Translations under genes and position numbers: made by a program
Part shown: positions 15,300 to 26,366 of the stretch, piece after piece
How the letters are laid out: each line of letters begins with the position of its first letter
Numbering within the stretch: position 1 is the stretch's first letter
Notes under the pieces: generated by a model
Told to the model about the DNA's origin: nothing
Seen by the model: the letters and a program-made list of their open reading frames with translations, nothing else
Database searches by the model: none
DNA from: an uncultured Ruminococcus sp.
Lineage (GTDB): Bacteria > Bacillota > Clostridia > RUG12999
Length of the DNA: 43,548 nt
Assembly: GCA_902784685.1 (NCBI GenBank)
Contig: CACZWA010000001.1
Coordinates: forward strand, 1 to 43,548
Direction: 5' to 3'

Positions 15300-16412
15300 A
15301 TGAAGGTTTTGTTTTTATCCGTTACGGCAGGCAACGGACATAACAGCTGTGCCAACGCAATAAAAGATTATCTTGATGAAAAGGGTCAGGAAACATATAT
15401 TCTTGATATTTACAGCTATATAAATAAAATGCTTGGCAAATCGGTGTCTGAAATATACAATTTTTCAATAGCAAAAATGCCTAAGGTTTTTGGTACTCTT
15501 TATAATATTGAGGAGCATAATAAAGTGGGCGTATGCTCGCTTATGGATAATATCAACAGACTTGCCTGCAACAGAATGTCGGAATTTATCAAACAGAACA
15601 GTATTGATACTGTAATTACCACACACGTTTTTGGCGGTCAGCTGATAACACGTCTTAAAAGAAAGAAAAAAATTAATATTGCGAGCGTGGGTGTGGTTAC
15701 GGATTTTACACTTCACCCTCATTGGGAGAATACAAATCTTGATTATTATGTTATACCGGACGAAGGTTTGGTAAGGCAGTGCGTAAGCCGCGGTATAGAC
15801 GAAAAAAAGCTTCTTCCTATAGGCATACCGCTAAACCTTAAATACGCGCAGCGCAATGATAAACGGAAAAGTAAAATAAAGCTCGGCTTTAATCCGGATA
15901 AGCCTCTTGTTTTTGTTATGATGGGCAGTATGGGACACGGAAATATAAGCTCCATAATATCCGAAGCGGATAGGTGCCGTTATGATTATCAGATTGCGGT
16001 TGTATGCGGAAGCAATAAGCGCGCGAAAAATGCAATAGAGAAAAAAAGCTATAATAAAAATTGTTGTGTTTACGGTTTTGTAAATAATGTTGATGAGTTT
16101 ATGGACGCGGCGGACTGTATAATAACAAAACCCGGCGGGCTTACCGTGACCGAAAGTCTTGCAAAGTGTCTGCCGATGATTTATGTTGATCCTATTCCGG
16201 GGCAGGAGCTTAAAAATGTTGAGTTTCTTGTAAATAACGGCGCGGGAATATACGTTACAAAAAATTATACACTTTCGGACGCTCTTGAACAGTTTTTTCG
16301 CTATCCTCAGCGCCGTGAGGAAATGCGAATTTGCGCCGACAGACTCGCAAAGCCGTATGCGGCAAGGACGATAGGAGATTTTATGCTTGAGCATATGAAT
16401 AATATGTCATAA
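15300..16412 (+). CDS. ugtP: GT28-family diacylglycerol glycosyltransferase (UgtP / MGDG synthase-like)
   Basis: MKVLFLSVTAGNGHNS, VVTDFTLHPHW, ITKPGGLTVTESL and PIPGQELKNVEF parallel B. subtilis UgtP blocks (NYGNGH, ITKPGGITLTE, PGQEKEN). Confidence 0.75.
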   Translation: MKVLFLSVTAGNGHNSCANAIKDYLDEKGQETYILDIYSYINKMLGKSVSEIYNFSIAKMPKVFGTLYNIEEHNKVGVCSLMDNINRLACNRMSEFIKQNSIDTVITTHVFGGQLITRLKRKKKINIASVGVVTDFTLHPHWENTNLDYYVIPDEGLVRQCVSRGIDEKKLLPIGIPLNLKYAQRNDKRKSKIKLGFNPDKPLVFVMMGSMGHGNISSIISEADRCRYDYQIAVVCGSNKRAKNAIEKKSYNKNCCVYGFVNNVDEFMDAADCIITKPGGLTVTESLAKCLPMIYVDPIPGQELKNVEFLVNNGAGIYVTKNYTLSDALEQFFRYPQRREEMRICADRLAKPYAARTIGDFMLEHMNNMS

Positions 16413-16440
16413 AAGAAATATAATTGTAATATACAGACTA

Positions 16441-16469
16441 TTGACATTTATGCGAATTAAATGTAAAAT
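16441..16469 (+). promoter_or_regulatory. Sigma-A promoter of the VanW-family gene
   Basis: TTGACA (16441-16446), 17 nt, TAAAAT (16464-16469). Confidence 0.5.
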
Positions 16470-16517
16470 ATATTATGATAATCGGGAAATATTGAGAGTA
16501 TGAGAGGTTTTTTGTGT

Positions 16518-18272
16518 ATGAGCGAGGAAAAAAAATTTAATCCTAAAAAGGCGCTTATTGTTGCGGCGGCAGTAATAGCCCTGATAATGGCGGTTACGGG
16601 AGCGTATTGTTCGTTTTTAATTTCACGCTACGGAGGAAACACCGCAATTGCGAAAGGTATTACGATTGACGGTGTTGATGTGGGAGGTATGGACGAAAAA
16701 AAGGCCGAACAAGCTGTTCTTGAGAGCAAGGAGCCTCTTAAAGAAAACACTCTTGAACTTGTTATGGACGAAAAAATAACAACAGCAGGCTTCGACGAGT
16801 TTGATATTGATTATCATGTGGGCGAAGCTGTAAAAGAAGCTGTTTCTTACGGAAAAACAGGAAGTCTGTTTAAAAGAATAAGCGAATGCAGAAATATAAA
16901 AAACGGAAAAGCCGAAATTAAAACAAAGCCGGAAGTATCCGAAGAGAGTGTCTCTGATTATGTCGCGGCATATTTTCAGAGTATCGGCACAACGGTTGTT
17001 GAGAACTCGTACAGAATAGAAGGAGATAAACTTGTTCTGCAAAACGGAAAAGCAGGACAGGGAGTTGACAGAGAACCGCTTATTAAGGATATTAAAGAGC
17101 TGCTTTTAAGCGGCAAATCCGGGAAAATCGGTGTAAATCTTGCTTACATTGAGCCTGCTCCATGGGACGCTTCGGCAATAGAAAAAGAAGTCGCAAAGGG
17201 TCCCGAAAATGCGAACTATGAAAAGCGTGACGGTAAAGGATATATTGTTGAGGCAAAAAAAGGTTATAAATTTAAGCTTTCTGACCTTGAAAAGCTTATA
17301 AAAGAAAACGAAGGAAACGAAGAACCGTATAGCCTTACGCTTGAGGTTATTGAACCTACAATAGGTAAGATAGACGAGAGCGGAATGTTTACGGAGGTTA
17401 TTTCGGAATATTCCTCATCTCTTGCGGGCAGTGACGCCAACAGGCGCAAAAATGTCGAAATTGCCTGCGCAAGTATAAACGGCTCGGTTTTAAATCCCGG
17501 CGAAATCTTTTCTTACAATGCGGCGCTCGGACCGGTTACAACGGCGGCAGGCTACAGAGCGGCGACAATTTTCACGACAAAGGGTCACGAACAGGGAATC
17601 GGCGGCGGCGTCTGCCAGGTATCATCAACGCTTTACAGCGCAGCGCTTTACGGAAACTTTGAAATTGTAAAACGCCGTAACCATATGTATATAGTCGGTT
17701 ACGTTCCTTACGGTCAGGACGCTACCGTTTATGAAGGAGAGCTTGATTTCAGGTTTAAAAACAATACAAATGAGCCTATAAAAATAACAGCCGGTGTTTC
17801 GGGCGGAACGGTTATAATAAAAATTCTCGGTAAAAAGCCCGACCCGTCAATAAAAGTTGAAATAGAAAATATAATTGTCGGCAGAAGCTCGCCGCAGACA
17901 GTTGTAAAAGAGGACCCGAGCCTTCCGGCAGGCAAGGTTGTCGTATCGGAAAAAGGTACAATAGGAATGACGGTCGACAGCTACAAAAAGATATTTAAAA
18001 ACGGTCAGCTTCAAAGCCGTGATTTTCTTCACAGAAGCGTATATCAGCCGATTAACAGGATAGAATTACGGGGAACGGCAGGCGGAGCGGCAGAAGCATC
18101 GGCAGAACCGGCTGAAGAAAATATCCCTTCATCTCAGGGAAACGAAGCGCCTTCCGTACAGGAACAGACAGAAAAACCCGAAGAAAAACCTGCACCGGCA
18201 GAGAGTGAAGCCAAGACTCCGGAGACTTCAGCCACTCCTTCCGAAACGGAAAACAATTACGACGGTATTTGA
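16518..18272 (+). CDS. VanW-family protein with an N-terminal membrane anchor, a G5 domain and a low-complexity Pro/Glu/Ala/Thr-rich tail
   Basis: TM segment ALIVAAAVIALIMAVTGAYCSFLI, VanW core GGGVCQVSSTLYSAALYGNFEIVKRRNH, and a G5-like KEDPSLPAGKVVVSEKGTIGMTVDSYKKIF. GAGAGG lies 10 nt before the ATG at 16518. Confidence 0.85.
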   Translation: MSEEKKFNPKKALIVAAAVIALIMAVTGAYCSFLISRYGGNTAIAKGITIDGVDVGGMDEKKAEQAVLESKEPLKENTLELVMDEKITTAGFDEFDIDYHVGEAVKEAVSYGKTGSLFKRISECRNIKNGKAEIKTKPEVSEESVSDYVAAYFQSIGTTVVENSYRIEGDKLVLQNGKAGQGVDREPLIKDIKELLLSGKSGKIGVNLAYIEPAPWDASAIEKEVAKGPENANYEKRDGKGYIVEAKKGYKFKLSDLEKLIKENEGNEEPYSLTLEVIEPTIGKIDESGMFTEVISEYSSSLAGSDANRRKNVEIACASINGSVLNPGEIFSYNAALGPVTTAAGYRAATIFTTKGHEQGIGGGVCQVSSTLYSAALYGNFEIVKRRNHMYIVGYVPYGQDATVYEGELDFRFKNNTNEPIKITAGVSGGTVIIKILGKKPDPSIKVEIENIIVGRSSPQTVVKEDPSLPAGKVVVSEKGTIGMTVDSYKKIFKNGQLQSRDFLHRSVYQPINRIELRGTAGGAAEASAEPAEENIPSSQGNEAPSVQEQTEKPEEKPAPAESEAKTPETSATPSETENNYDGI

Positions 18273-18287
18273 TTAATAAAGATATTA

Positions 18288-18336
18288 TGTGGCTGCAATA
18301 AAGTGATTTCATTTTATTGCAGCCACATATTTTTTG
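18288..18336 (+). terminator. Rho-independent terminator of the VanW gene
   Basis: tgtggctgcaataaa / tttattgcagccaca stem followed by a T-run. Confidence 0.8.
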
Positions 18337-18449
18337 ATTTTCCTGAAAAATATATCGTTTTTATTTTAGTTTTTATACATTAAAATATCAAAAAATAATA
18401 TTGTTTTTTTATGGATTATCACGAAAAAAATATATTTTGAGCATAATTA

Positions 18450-18478
18450 TTGACATTTTATCAAAAAAATGGTATAAT
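18450..18478 (+). promoter_or_regulatory. Orphan consensus sigma-A promoter with no downstream + strand gene
   Basis: TTGACA (18450-18455), 17 nt, TATAAT (18473-18478) with TGg (extended -10). Confidence 0.55.
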
Positions 18479-18601
18479 TATGTTACATTAGGTGGAACAT
18501 TACCGATATTTTATGCATTTTAAAATCAAGGTATTTACCTGATGTTATATATTATTGGTTGGGGTTTAAACAATCTCCCTTACCATAATATTCACTTCAA
18601 A

Positions 18602-18630
18602 GAGCAGCCCCGCATTTCGCGGGGCTGCTC
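18602..18630. terminator. 12-bp GC-rich hairpin, the terminator of typA (minus strand), which also faces the orphan + strand promoter
   Basis: gagcagccccgc (18602-18613), loop atttc, gcggggctgctc (18619-18630). The minus strand continues tttgaag. Confidence 0.7.
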
Positions 18631-18640
18631 GAAATTCTAT

Positions 18641-20464
18641 TCACTTTTTTCCTCTTGCTTCGGCTTTTGCCCTAAGCTCGGTATTAAGAATTTTTTTACG
18701 GAGGCGTATGCTTTTGGGAGTTACCTCCACAAGCTCATCGTCCGCAATAAATTCAAGACAATTTTCAAGACTCATATTAATTGGCGGCGTAAGCTTGAGC
18801 GCGTCGTCAGAGCCTGAAGCGCGGGTGTTTGTGGCGTGCTTTTTTTTGCAGACGTTAATTACAATATCCTCGGCTTTGGCGTTTCTGCCGACTATCATTC
18901 CTTCATAAACCTTTACGCCGGGGCCGATAAACAAATCGCCTCTGCCTTCGGCGTTATATAAGCCGTAGGTTATCGACTCACCGTCCTCCCACGCAATCAT
19001 AGAACCTCTGTTTCTGCCGGGGAAAGTGCCGCAGTATTCGTCATATCCGTCAAAAAGCGTATTCATAATACCGTTTCCTCGTGTATCGGTCAGAAATTCA
19101 CTGCGGTAGCCTATTAACCCTCTTGAAGGAATACGAAATTCAATCCTGCTGTATGTGCCGCCGTTTATGGGCTGCATATTTTTCATTTCGGCTTTTCGGC
19201 TGCCAAGCTTCTCAATAACTGTTCCCGCATATTCTTCGGGGACATCGACGATTACAGTTTCATACGGTTCAAGCGTTTTGCCGTCCTTTTGTTTTAAAAT
19301 AACCTGCGGCTTTGATACCTGAAATTCATAGCCTTCACGGCGCATAGTTTCAATGAGTATTGAAAGATGAAGCTCACCTCTTCCCGAAAGCTTGAAGCAG
19401 TCGGAGGAATCCGTTTCCTCAACCTTTAAGCTGACGTTTGTTTCGAGCTCCCTAAAAAGCCTTGCACGAAGATGTCTTGAAGTTACAAACTGTCCTTCTT
19501 TTCCGGCAAACGGACTGTTGTTTACAAGGAAATTCATTGAAATGGTCGGCTCATCAACCTCAATTACGGGTAGAGCGTCCGGACAGTCCGCACGGCATAC
19601 CGTTTCACCGATTTCAATGTTTCCGAGCCCTGAAATGCAGACAATTTCTCCACACGAAACACTTTCGGCTTCATCACGTTTAAGCCCGTCAAAAATAAAC
19701 AGCTTGCCGACCTTTGCGGTTTCGGTTTTTCCGTCTTTTTTACATATTGCAACGGTTTCACCAGACTTTATTTCACCTCTTGAAATTTTACCTACGGCAA
19801 TTCTGCCTATATATTCATCGGAATCAATATTTGAAACAAGCATCTGAAGCGGTTCATCGGGATTACATTCGGGAGGCGGCACCATTTCAAGAATCGCGTC
19901 AAAAAGCTCCGTTAAATCATCTCCCGGAGAATCAAGGTCTTTCATGGCATAGCCGTCACGGGAAGAAGCATAAATGACCGGAAAATCAAGCTGTTCCTCC
20001 GAGGCACCGAGTTCAAAAAACAAATCAAAGACCTCATCGACAACCTCAAGCGGTCTTGCATCCTTTTTATCTATTTTATTGACAACCACAATGGGCTTTA
20101 AATTCAGCTCAAGAGCTTTTTTAAGCACAAACCTTGTCTGCGGCATGGCGCCTTCAAACGCGTCAACAAGAAGAAGTACGCCCTCAACCATACCGAGCAC
20201 ACGCTCAACCTCGCCGCCGAAATCGGCATGCCCCGGAGTATCGACAATGTTTATTTTAACATCTTTATAATGAACGGAGGTGTTTTTTGACAAAATTGTA
20301 ATACCGCGTTCACGTTCAAGGTCGTTTGAATCCATAACACGTTCACGCACCGCCTCATTGCTTCTGAAAATACCGCTCTGACGGAGCATTTTATCCACAA
20401 GAGTTGTTTTGCCGTGGTCAACGTGAGCGATTATTGCTACATTTCTTATATTTTCGATTTTCAT
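18641..20464 (-). CDS. typA: Translational GTPase TypA/BipA
   Basis: [46 protein letters not shown]. It has 607 aa with an EF-G-like domain order. Confidence 0.95.
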   Translation of the reverse strand: MKIENIRNVAIIAHVDHGKTTLVDKMLRQSGIFRSNEAVRERVMDSNDLERERGITILSKNTSVHYKDVKINIVDTPGHADFGGEVERVLGMVEGVLLLVDAFEGAMPQTRFVLKKALELNLKPIVVVNKIDKKDARPLEVVDEVFDLFFELGASEEQLDFPVIYASSRDGYAMKDLDSPGDDLTELFDAILEMVPPPECNPDEPLQMLVSNIDSDEYIGRIAVGKISRGEIKSGETVAICKKDGKTETAKVGKLFIFDGLKRDEAESVSCGEIVCISGLGNIEIGETVCRADCPDALPVIEVDEPTISMNFLVNNSPFAGKEGQFVTSRHLRARLFRELETNVSLKVEETDSSDCFKLSGRGELHLSILIETMRREGYEFQVSKPQVILKQKDGKTLEPYETVIVDVPEEYAGTVIEKLGSRKAEMKNMQPINGGTYSRIEFRIPSRGLIGYRSEFLTDTRGNGIMNTLFDGYDEYCGTFPGRNRGSMIAWEDGESITYGLYNAEGRGDLFIGPGVKVYEGMIVGRNAKAEDIVINVCKKKHATNTRASGSDDALKLTPPINMSLENCLEFIADDELVEVTPKSIRLRKKILNTELRAKAEARGKK

Positions 20465-20540
20465 ATTTTAATAAGCGCCTCTCTTTTTAAAAATCAATAA
20501 AAATTATATCATATATATTAAAAAAAAACAATTGCCATTT

Positions 20541-20570
20541 TTGCAAAATCATCTTGTATTTTGTTATAAT
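20541..20570 (+). promoter_or_regulatory. Sigma-A promoter of recD2
   Basis: TTGCAA (20541-20546), 18 nt, TATAAT (20565-20570) preceded by TGt. Confidence 0.5.
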
Positions 20571-20612
20571 TTATTGTATAATTATCATATAGAAAGCTTG
20601 AAAGGATTTATT

Positions 20613-22847
20613 ATGGGAGTTAAAGATTGCCTTGAATGCCGAATTGAATATGTAATCTGGTCAAATGAAGCAAACGGTTATGCTGTGTGCGAAATGTCTA
20701 ATGATGATATAGGTGATTTTATAGGTGTGGGAATTTTGCCTTTCATAAACGCGGGCGATAAGATACGCGCCGAAGGCACATGGGAAACGCATATAGAATA
20801 CGGCGAGCAGTTTAAAATAGATTTTTACGAAAAAATCCGTCTTGAAAACGAGGAAGACATTTTTCTTTATTTATCATCGGGCGCTGTTCGGGGCATAGGC
20901 GAAAGCACGGCAAAAAAAATAATAGATGTATTTGGCGGTGAAAGTCTTAATGTTATGCGTGATGAACCGTTAAAGCTTGCTGAAATCAAAGGAATAAGCG
21001 AAAAAAAAGCAATAGAAATACATGACGATTTTATGCGGCAGCAGGGCGTTTCGGATATTGTGATTTTTTTAAACAGATACGGCATAAACTCATCCGCAGC
21101 ATATAAAATATATAAGGAATACGGTGAGAACGCCGTTGAAAAAATTAAGGGAAACCCATATTCTCTTTGCTATGATATTGACGGCATAGGCTTTAAAACC
21201 GTTGATAAAATGGCTGAAAAAATAGGTGTTTTCAAAAATTCAAAGGAGCGTATATGCGCGGGAATTTCTTACGTTTTAAGTCTTGCGGCGGGAAACGGGC
21301 ATACGTATATGGAAAAAGAAACGCTTGCGGAGGAAACGGCACGGTTTTTAGAGGTTGAGACGGAAGCGGTGTATGACGCTTTTTTAAAAATGACGGTTGA
21401 GTCGGATATAAGAATTGACAAACAGGGCGATGAAACACGTGTTTATTTGCCGCCGTATTATATTGCCGAAAGAGGCGTGGCGTCCTATATAAGTCATTTA
21501 TCAAGGCAGCCCGTCCGTGTAAACAAAAAGCAGCTCAAAGAGGAAATAGATGAAATTGAAGCGGATATGGGCATAACCTTTGCCGAAAAACAGCGTGAAG
21601 CGATTGAAGGAGCGGTCATAAACGGCGTTATGATAATAACGGGCGGACCCGGTACGGGAAAAACAACAATAATACGCGCCATAATCGCTCTGATGAAGCG
21701 AAAAAAAATGAAAATCGCCCTTGCCGCGCCGACGGGAAGAGCGGCAAAGCGTATGACGCAAATGTGTAATATGGATGCGAAAACCATACACCGTTTGCTT
21801 GAAATAGAGGCAGGCACTGCCGAAGGGAAATGGGTTTTTTCAAGGAACGATTCAAATCCGCTTACTGCAGATGTTATTATAATTGACGAGATGTCAATGG
21901 TTGACGTGCTGCTTATGTATCATCTTTTAAAGGCGGTAAAGAGCGGCGCGAGGATTATAATGGTAGGTGATGCCGACCAGCTTCCGTCGGTCGGCGCAGG
22001 CTGCGTATTAAAAGATTTGCTTATGAGCGAAAGGCTTAAAACCATACGGCTTGACGAGATATTCCGTCAGGCTGAAAAAAGTATGATTGTTGTAAACGCG
22101 CACAGAATTAACAGTGGGAAAATGCCGGAATTTACAGGGCGTGAGAGCGATTTTTTTATGTTAAGCAGGCAGGGCAGAAGTGAAGGAGTTAAAGAGATTA
22201 CCGACCTTTGCGTAAACAGATTGCCGAAGTTTTTAAAATCGGCAGACCCGGTAAACGATATACAAATTTTAACGCCCGTAAAACGCGGCGAAGCCGGAGT
22301 CGAAGCGCTTAACAGGGTTATGCAGCAGGAGCTGAATCCGCCCTCAAAAAACAAAAAAGAAATTGCGCGTTTTGTTTATACGCTCCGTGAAGGCGATAAG
22401 GTAATGCAGACAAAAAACAACTACGATATAGACTGGGAACGTGAGGACGGCTCTAAGGGCGGCGGAATTTATAACGGCGATATAGGCTTTATAAGCAAGC
22501 TTTGTATGCAGGAGGGTTACGCAGAGATTATTTTTGACGGCGAAAAGAAGGTCAAATATCCTTTTGACCTTCTTAAAGATATTGACTTAGCATATGCCAT
22601 GACGGTACATAAGAGCCAGGGAAGTGAGTTTGAAGCGGTTGTTTTGCCTCTTTACCCGATGCATGAAATGCTTATGACAAGACATCTTCTTTATACGGCG
22701 GTAACAAGGGCAAAAAGCCTTGTGGTAATTGTCGGAAGGGCTGACGTTTTGTCTGCAATGGTTAAAAACGACAGCGAGGATAAACGCCTGAGCGGTCTTT
22801 GCGAGGCGGTAAAAAAAGCCTTTGAGGGTAATGAAGAGCCTTTCTGA
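20613..22847 (+). CDS. recD2: RecD2-type SF1B ATP-dependent DNA helicase
   Basis: ITGGPGTGKTT, IIIDEMSMVD, VGDADQLPSVGAG and AMTVHKSQGSEF, plus N-terminal HhH-like repeats. GAAAGGA lies 7 nt before the ATG at 20613. Confidence 0.9.
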   Translation: MGVKDCLECRIEYVIWSNEANGYAVCEMSNDDIGDFIGVGILPFINAGDKIRAEGTWETHIEYGEQFKIDFYEKIRLENEEDIFLYLSSGAVRGIGESTAKKIIDVFGGESLNVMRDEPLKLAEIKGISEKKAIEIHDDFMRQQGVSDIVIFLNRYGINSSAAYKIYKEYGENAVEKIKGNPYSLCYDIDGIGFKTVDKMAEKIGVFKNSKERICAGISYVLSLAAGNGHTYMEKETLAEETARFLEVETEAVYDAFLKMTVESDIRIDKQGDETRVYLPPYYIAERGVASYISHLSRQPVRVNKKQLKEEIDEIEADMGITFAEKQREAIEGAVINGVMIITGGPGTGKTTIIRAIIALMKRKKMKIALAAPTGRAAKRMTQMCNMDAKTIHRLLEIEAGTAEGKWVFSRNDSNPLTADVIIIDEMSMVDVLLMYHLLKAVKSGARIIMVGDADQLPSVGAGCVLKDLLMSERLKTIRLDEIFRQAEKSMIVVNAHRINSGKMPEFTGRESDFFMLSRQGRSEGVKEITDLCVNRLPKFLKSADPVNDIQILTPVKRGEAGVEALNRVMQQELNPPSKNKKEIARFVYTLREGDKVMQTKNNYDIDWEREDGSKGGGIYNGDIGFISKLCMQEGYAEIIFDGEKKVKYPFDLLKDIDLAYAMTVHKSQGSEFEAVVLPLYPMHEMLMTRHLLYTAVTRAKSLVVIVGRADVLSAMVKNDSEDKRLSGLCEAVKKAFEGNEEPF

Positions 22848-22856
22848 TAGTAAAAA

Positions 22857-22895
22857 AGGAACGAAAATCGTTTTGAAATTCGTTCCTTGATTTTT
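22857..22895. terminator. Bidirectional terminator between recD2 and the clp gene
   Basis: aaggaacga (22857-22865) pairs with tcgttcctt (22881-22889). An A-run precedes it and a T-run follows. Confidence 0.75.
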
Positions 22896-25169
22896 TTATT
22901 TCGCCGCTACAATAAATTCTCCGCCGCTTGCGTCAACGGTTACGGATTTTTTAACCTTGCCGTCAATGACAAGTACAGCGATTTTATCCTCAATGTTTGA
23001 GGTTATTGTGCGTCTTAAGGGACGCGCGCCGTAGGAAGGCTCATAGCCCTTTTCAAGCACAAGCTCTTTTGCCGCGTCCGTAACGGTGAGAGTAACGTTT
23101 TTTGCCGCCAGACCTTTTTCAATTTCTTTAAGCTGAAGCGTGACGATTTTTAAAAGCTCCTCTTTCGTAAGCGGAAGAAACTCGATTATTTCGTCAACTC
23201 TGTTTAAAAATTCGGGTCTGAAAAGCTCACGCAGCGCTTTGTCATAGCGTGAAGCGCTTCCGTCCGTCCCGCCGAAGCCCACAAGTCCGGTTTTGAGGTT
23301 GCTTCCTGCGTTTGACGTCATTATAATTATCGTGTTTTCAAAATTTACCGTTCTGCCGTGGCTGTCGGTGATTCTGCCGTCATCAAGCACCTGGAGAAGA
23401 ATATTGAATACATCTTCGTGCGCTTTTTCTATTTCGTCAAATAATATGATGGAATAAGGATTACGTCTCACTTTTTCGGTAAGCTGTCCCGCTTCGTCAT
23501 AGCCCACATATCCGGGAGGCGAGCCTATTAATTTTGAAACGGAGTGTTTTTCCATATATTCCGACATATCAAGCCGTATCAGAGCTTCCTCGCTGCCAAA
23601 TACATTTTCCGCAAGAGCTTTGACAAGCTCGGTTTTGCCGACGCCCGTAGGTCCGACAAAAATAAAGGAAACGGGACGTTTTGAAACGCTTATGTCGGCG
23701 CGTTTCCGGCGGACGGCGCGCGCAACCAGATCAATAGCCTTGTCTTGCCCGATAACACGTTCATGCAGGCGTTCTTCAAGGTTAATAAGCTTTGCGCTGT
23801 CAACCTTTGTAAGACTCTTAACGGGGATTTTTGTCCAGCTTTCGATAACCTGAGCAATATCGGCAGGCGTTACAGGTTTATGATAACACGTTTTTTCAAG
23901 CTCCGCGATTTTTTCTTTTATCTGACATTCCTCAATTTTAAGGTTTGCCGCTTTCTGGTAATCCTCTATGGAATCGGTCTGAACGGCGTTTTCTTTTTCA
24001 AGCTGTATTGTTTTCAGCTTATCTTTAAGGTCAAAAAGCTCCATTAACTCTGTGTTTTCAAGATTCACCTTAGAGGCCGCCTCATCAATTACGTCAATTG
24101 CCTTGTCGGGAAGGAAACGGTCGTGAATATACCTTTCGGAAAGTCTTACGGCGTTTTCAATGACCTCGTCCGATATTTCGACCTTATGATAATCTTCATA
24201 ATAGCCTTTTACGCCTTTAAGAATTTCAATACTGTCCTCTATTGTAGGCTCATCAATCATAACCGGCTGAAAACGTCTTTCAAGCGCGGCGTCTTTCTCA
24301 ATGAATTTTCTGTATTCGGCAATTGTTGTCGCGCCTATAACCTGAATTTCACCTCTCGCGAGCGAGGGCTTTAAAATATTTGCGGCGTTCATTGCGCCCT
24401 CGGCGTCACCCGCGCCGACAATATTATGCACCTCATCGATAACCAGGATTATATTTCCGAGTTTTTTGGTTTCTTCAATAAGGGCTTTAAGCCTTGCCTC
24501 AAACTGACCTCTGAACTGTGTGCCCGCGACGAGCGCGGCGAAATCGACCAGATATATTTCTTTTCCGTGCAGCTTTTCGGGTACCTCTTTTTCGGCAATT
24601 TTCATAGCAAGCCCTTCGGCAATGGCGGTTTTGCCCACGCCGGGTTCCCCGAGCAAAATGGGATTGTTTTTGTTACGGCGGTTAAGTATCTGAATAACAC
24701 GCTCAATTTCACGCGTCCTGCCGATAACCCTGTCAACCCCTCCTTCACGCGCCTTTTCGGTAAGATTTGTGCCGTAAGTTTCAAGATTTTTGCGCTTTTT
24801 GTCAGGTTTATCCTTTTTATCACTTTTGGTTTTTTTGTCACCCGGAATTTCAGTGTTTTCCTGTTCCTCATTGCCGCCGGCTTTGGCAAACATTTTTGAA
24901 ATAATATCAAAAGGACCGCCTTCGCCGCCTTCCGAAAGATTGTTAAAAAGCTCCTCGGGATTTTCCATTGCCTGAGCAAGCCCGTCCTCAAGCTCCTCAA
25001 TATTATCATCCGTAATTCCCATTTGGTCAAGAACTGCGCTTATCTGGGGGTTATTCATTCCTCTCGCGCAGGACAGGCAAAGTCCTTCAACGTTTTTTCC
25101 GTCAATTGTGGAAGAAAAGAAAATGGCGGGTTTTTTGCCGCATTTACTGCAAAGTACGTTTCTGTTCAT
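22896..25169 (-). CDS. clpE: Class-I Clp/Hsp100 AAA+ unfoldase, ClpE-type (N-terminal zinc ribbon instead of a Clp_N domain)
   Basis: CSKCGKKPA...CLSCA zinc ribbon, two Walker A sites ([18 protein letters not shown]), a short middle domain, and an LVGFGG (VGF-type) ClpP-docking loop. Confidence 0.75.
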   Translation of the reverse strand: MNRNVLCSKCGKKPAIFFSSTIDGKNVEGLCLSCARGMNNPQISAVLDQMGITDDNIEELEDGLAQAMENPEELFNNLSEGGEGGPFDIISKMFAKAGGNEEQENTEIPGDKKTKSDKKDKPDKKRKNLETYGTNLTEKAREGGVDRVIGRTREIERVIQILNRRNKNNPILLGEPGVGKTAIAEGLAMKIAEKEVPEKLHGKEIYLVDFAALVAGTQFRGQFEARLKALIEETKKLGNIILVIDEVHNIVGAGDAEGAMNAANILKPSLARGEIQVIGATTIAEYRKFIEKDAALERRFQPVMIDEPTIEDSIEILKGVKGYYEDYHKVEISDEVIENAVRLSERYIHDRFLPDKAIDVIDEAASKVNLENTELMELFDLKDKLKTIQLEKENAVQTDSIEDYQKAANLKIEECQIKEKIAELEKTCYHKPVTPADIAQVIESWTKIPVKSLTKVDSAKLINLEERLHERVIGQDKAIDLVARAVRRKRADISVSKRPVSFIFVGPTGVGKTELVKALAENVFGSEEALIRLDMSEYMEKHSVSKLIGSPPGYVGYDEAGQLTEKVRRNPYSIILFDEIEKAHEDVFNILLQVLDDGRITDSHGRTVNFENTIIIMTSNAGSNLKTGLVGFGGTDGSASRYDKALRELFRPEFLNRVDEIIEFLPLTKEELLKIVTLQLKEIEKGLAAKNVTLTVTDAAKELVLEKGYEPSYGARPLRRTITSNIEDKIAVLVIDGKVKKSVTVDASGGEFIVAAK

Positions 25170-25360
25170 TATATATTATCCTTTCGGGGTTTATATTGCG
25201 TATATTTTATTTTTAAATATTATAGCATAAATTATATATTTTTGCAAGCATTATTTTTAAGATTCATATAAAAGAAAATTGTAATATTTTAATATATTCT
25301 GTATTATATTTTTAACAAGGTTTGCATTTATTCGGACCGTGGAAAGGCGATGACATTTTT

Positions 25361-26215
25361 ATGAAAAAAATTATTTTTTTACTTACGGCGATGCTTTTGT
25401 TTTCCGGCTGCGGGGCAAAAAACAGGCAGTGCGAAAACACAGAGAGTACAGAAAAAGCGGTGAATGAAACCGCAGAGAAAAAACGGGATAATACTGATCC
25501 GAAGAGAGAAATTTTTGTGCTTGACGGACTTGACAATACGCTTATAGGCTGGGGCATAAAGAAAAATGAGGGCGCGGCGCCGGAGGTGCCGTCCGATATT
25601 AAAGAAATGCTGAAAAAATATAACGGTTTTTATATGGGCGATGAAAACAGTAACAGAATTTATCTTACCTTTGACGAAGGGTACGAAAACGGGTATACAG
25701 CCGATATTCTTGATACTTTAAAAAAGAATGATGTAAAAGCAGCGTTTTTTGTGACGGGGGCGTATGTGGAAAGAGAAGCGGAGCTTGTGAAACGTATGGC
25801 AAAAGAAGGGCATATTATAGGAAACCATTCGGTTAATCACCCTTCGCTGCCTGAAATAGGTGATAAAGAACTTGAAAAAGAGCTTAAAGAGCTTGATAAT
25901 ATGGTAGAAAAAATTACGGGAATAAAAATGAAATATGTACGCCCGCCAAAAGGAGAGTACAGCGAAAGGGTACTTGCGCATATCAGCAATATGGGATATA
26001 CAAGCGTTTTCTGGAGCTTTGCTTATCTTGACTGGGACGTAACAATGCAGCGGGGCGCGGATTACGCCTATAATCAGATAATGCCTTACACGGTGGGCGG
26101 TGAGGTGCTTCTCCTTCACGCCGTATCGGCGGATAATGCCGATGTTCTTGACAGATTTATAAAAGACGCAAGGTCAAAGGGCTTTGAATTTGGCTCGATT
26201 GATGAAATAGGGTGA
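25361..26215 (+). CDS. pdaA: Polysaccharide deacetylase lipoprotein, PdaA-like (delta-lactam-biosynthetic de-N-acetylase)
   Basis: Lipobox LLFSGC. YLTFDEGYENGYTADILDTLKKNDVKAAFFVTGAYV..EGHIIGNHSVNHPSL parallels B. subtilis PdaA blocks. Confidence 0.7.
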   Translation: MKKIIFLLTAMLLFSGCGAKNRQCENTESTEKAVNETAEKKRDNTDPKREIFVLDGLDNTLIGWGIKKNEGAAPEVPSDIKEMLKKYNGFYMGDENSNRIYLTFDEGYENGYTADILDTLKKNDVKAAFFVTGAYVEREAELVKRMAKEGHIIGNHSVNHPSLPEIGDKELEKELKELDNMVEKITGIKMKYVRPPKGEYSERVLAHISNMGYTSVFWSFAYLDWDVTMQRGADYAYNQIMPYTVGGEVLLLHAVSADNADVLDRFIKDARSKGFEFGSIDEIG

Positions 26216-26286
26216 CGATATTTAAAGAAAAATACAAAAATAGCTTTTTTTATATAAAAAAAGAGCATAAAACAGCAAAAACATAG

Positions 26287-26315
26287 TTGCATTTAAGGAA
26301 AAATAGTGATATAAT
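26287..26315 (+). promoter_or_regulatory. Sigma-A promoter of glmM-glmS
   Basis: TTGCAT (26287-26292), 17 nt, TATAAT (26310-26315). Confidence 0.6.
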
Positions 26316-26366
26316 GTAATTTGTTTATGATTAATATACAAAAGATATGAAAAGTGAGGGAATAAA

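Noticed and set aside
18542-18817. 91-aa + strand ORF downstream of the orphan promoter
   Set aside because: It has a weak or absent RBS, reads through the typA terminator hairpin and runs antisense to typA coding sequence. It is unlikely to be a protein gene.
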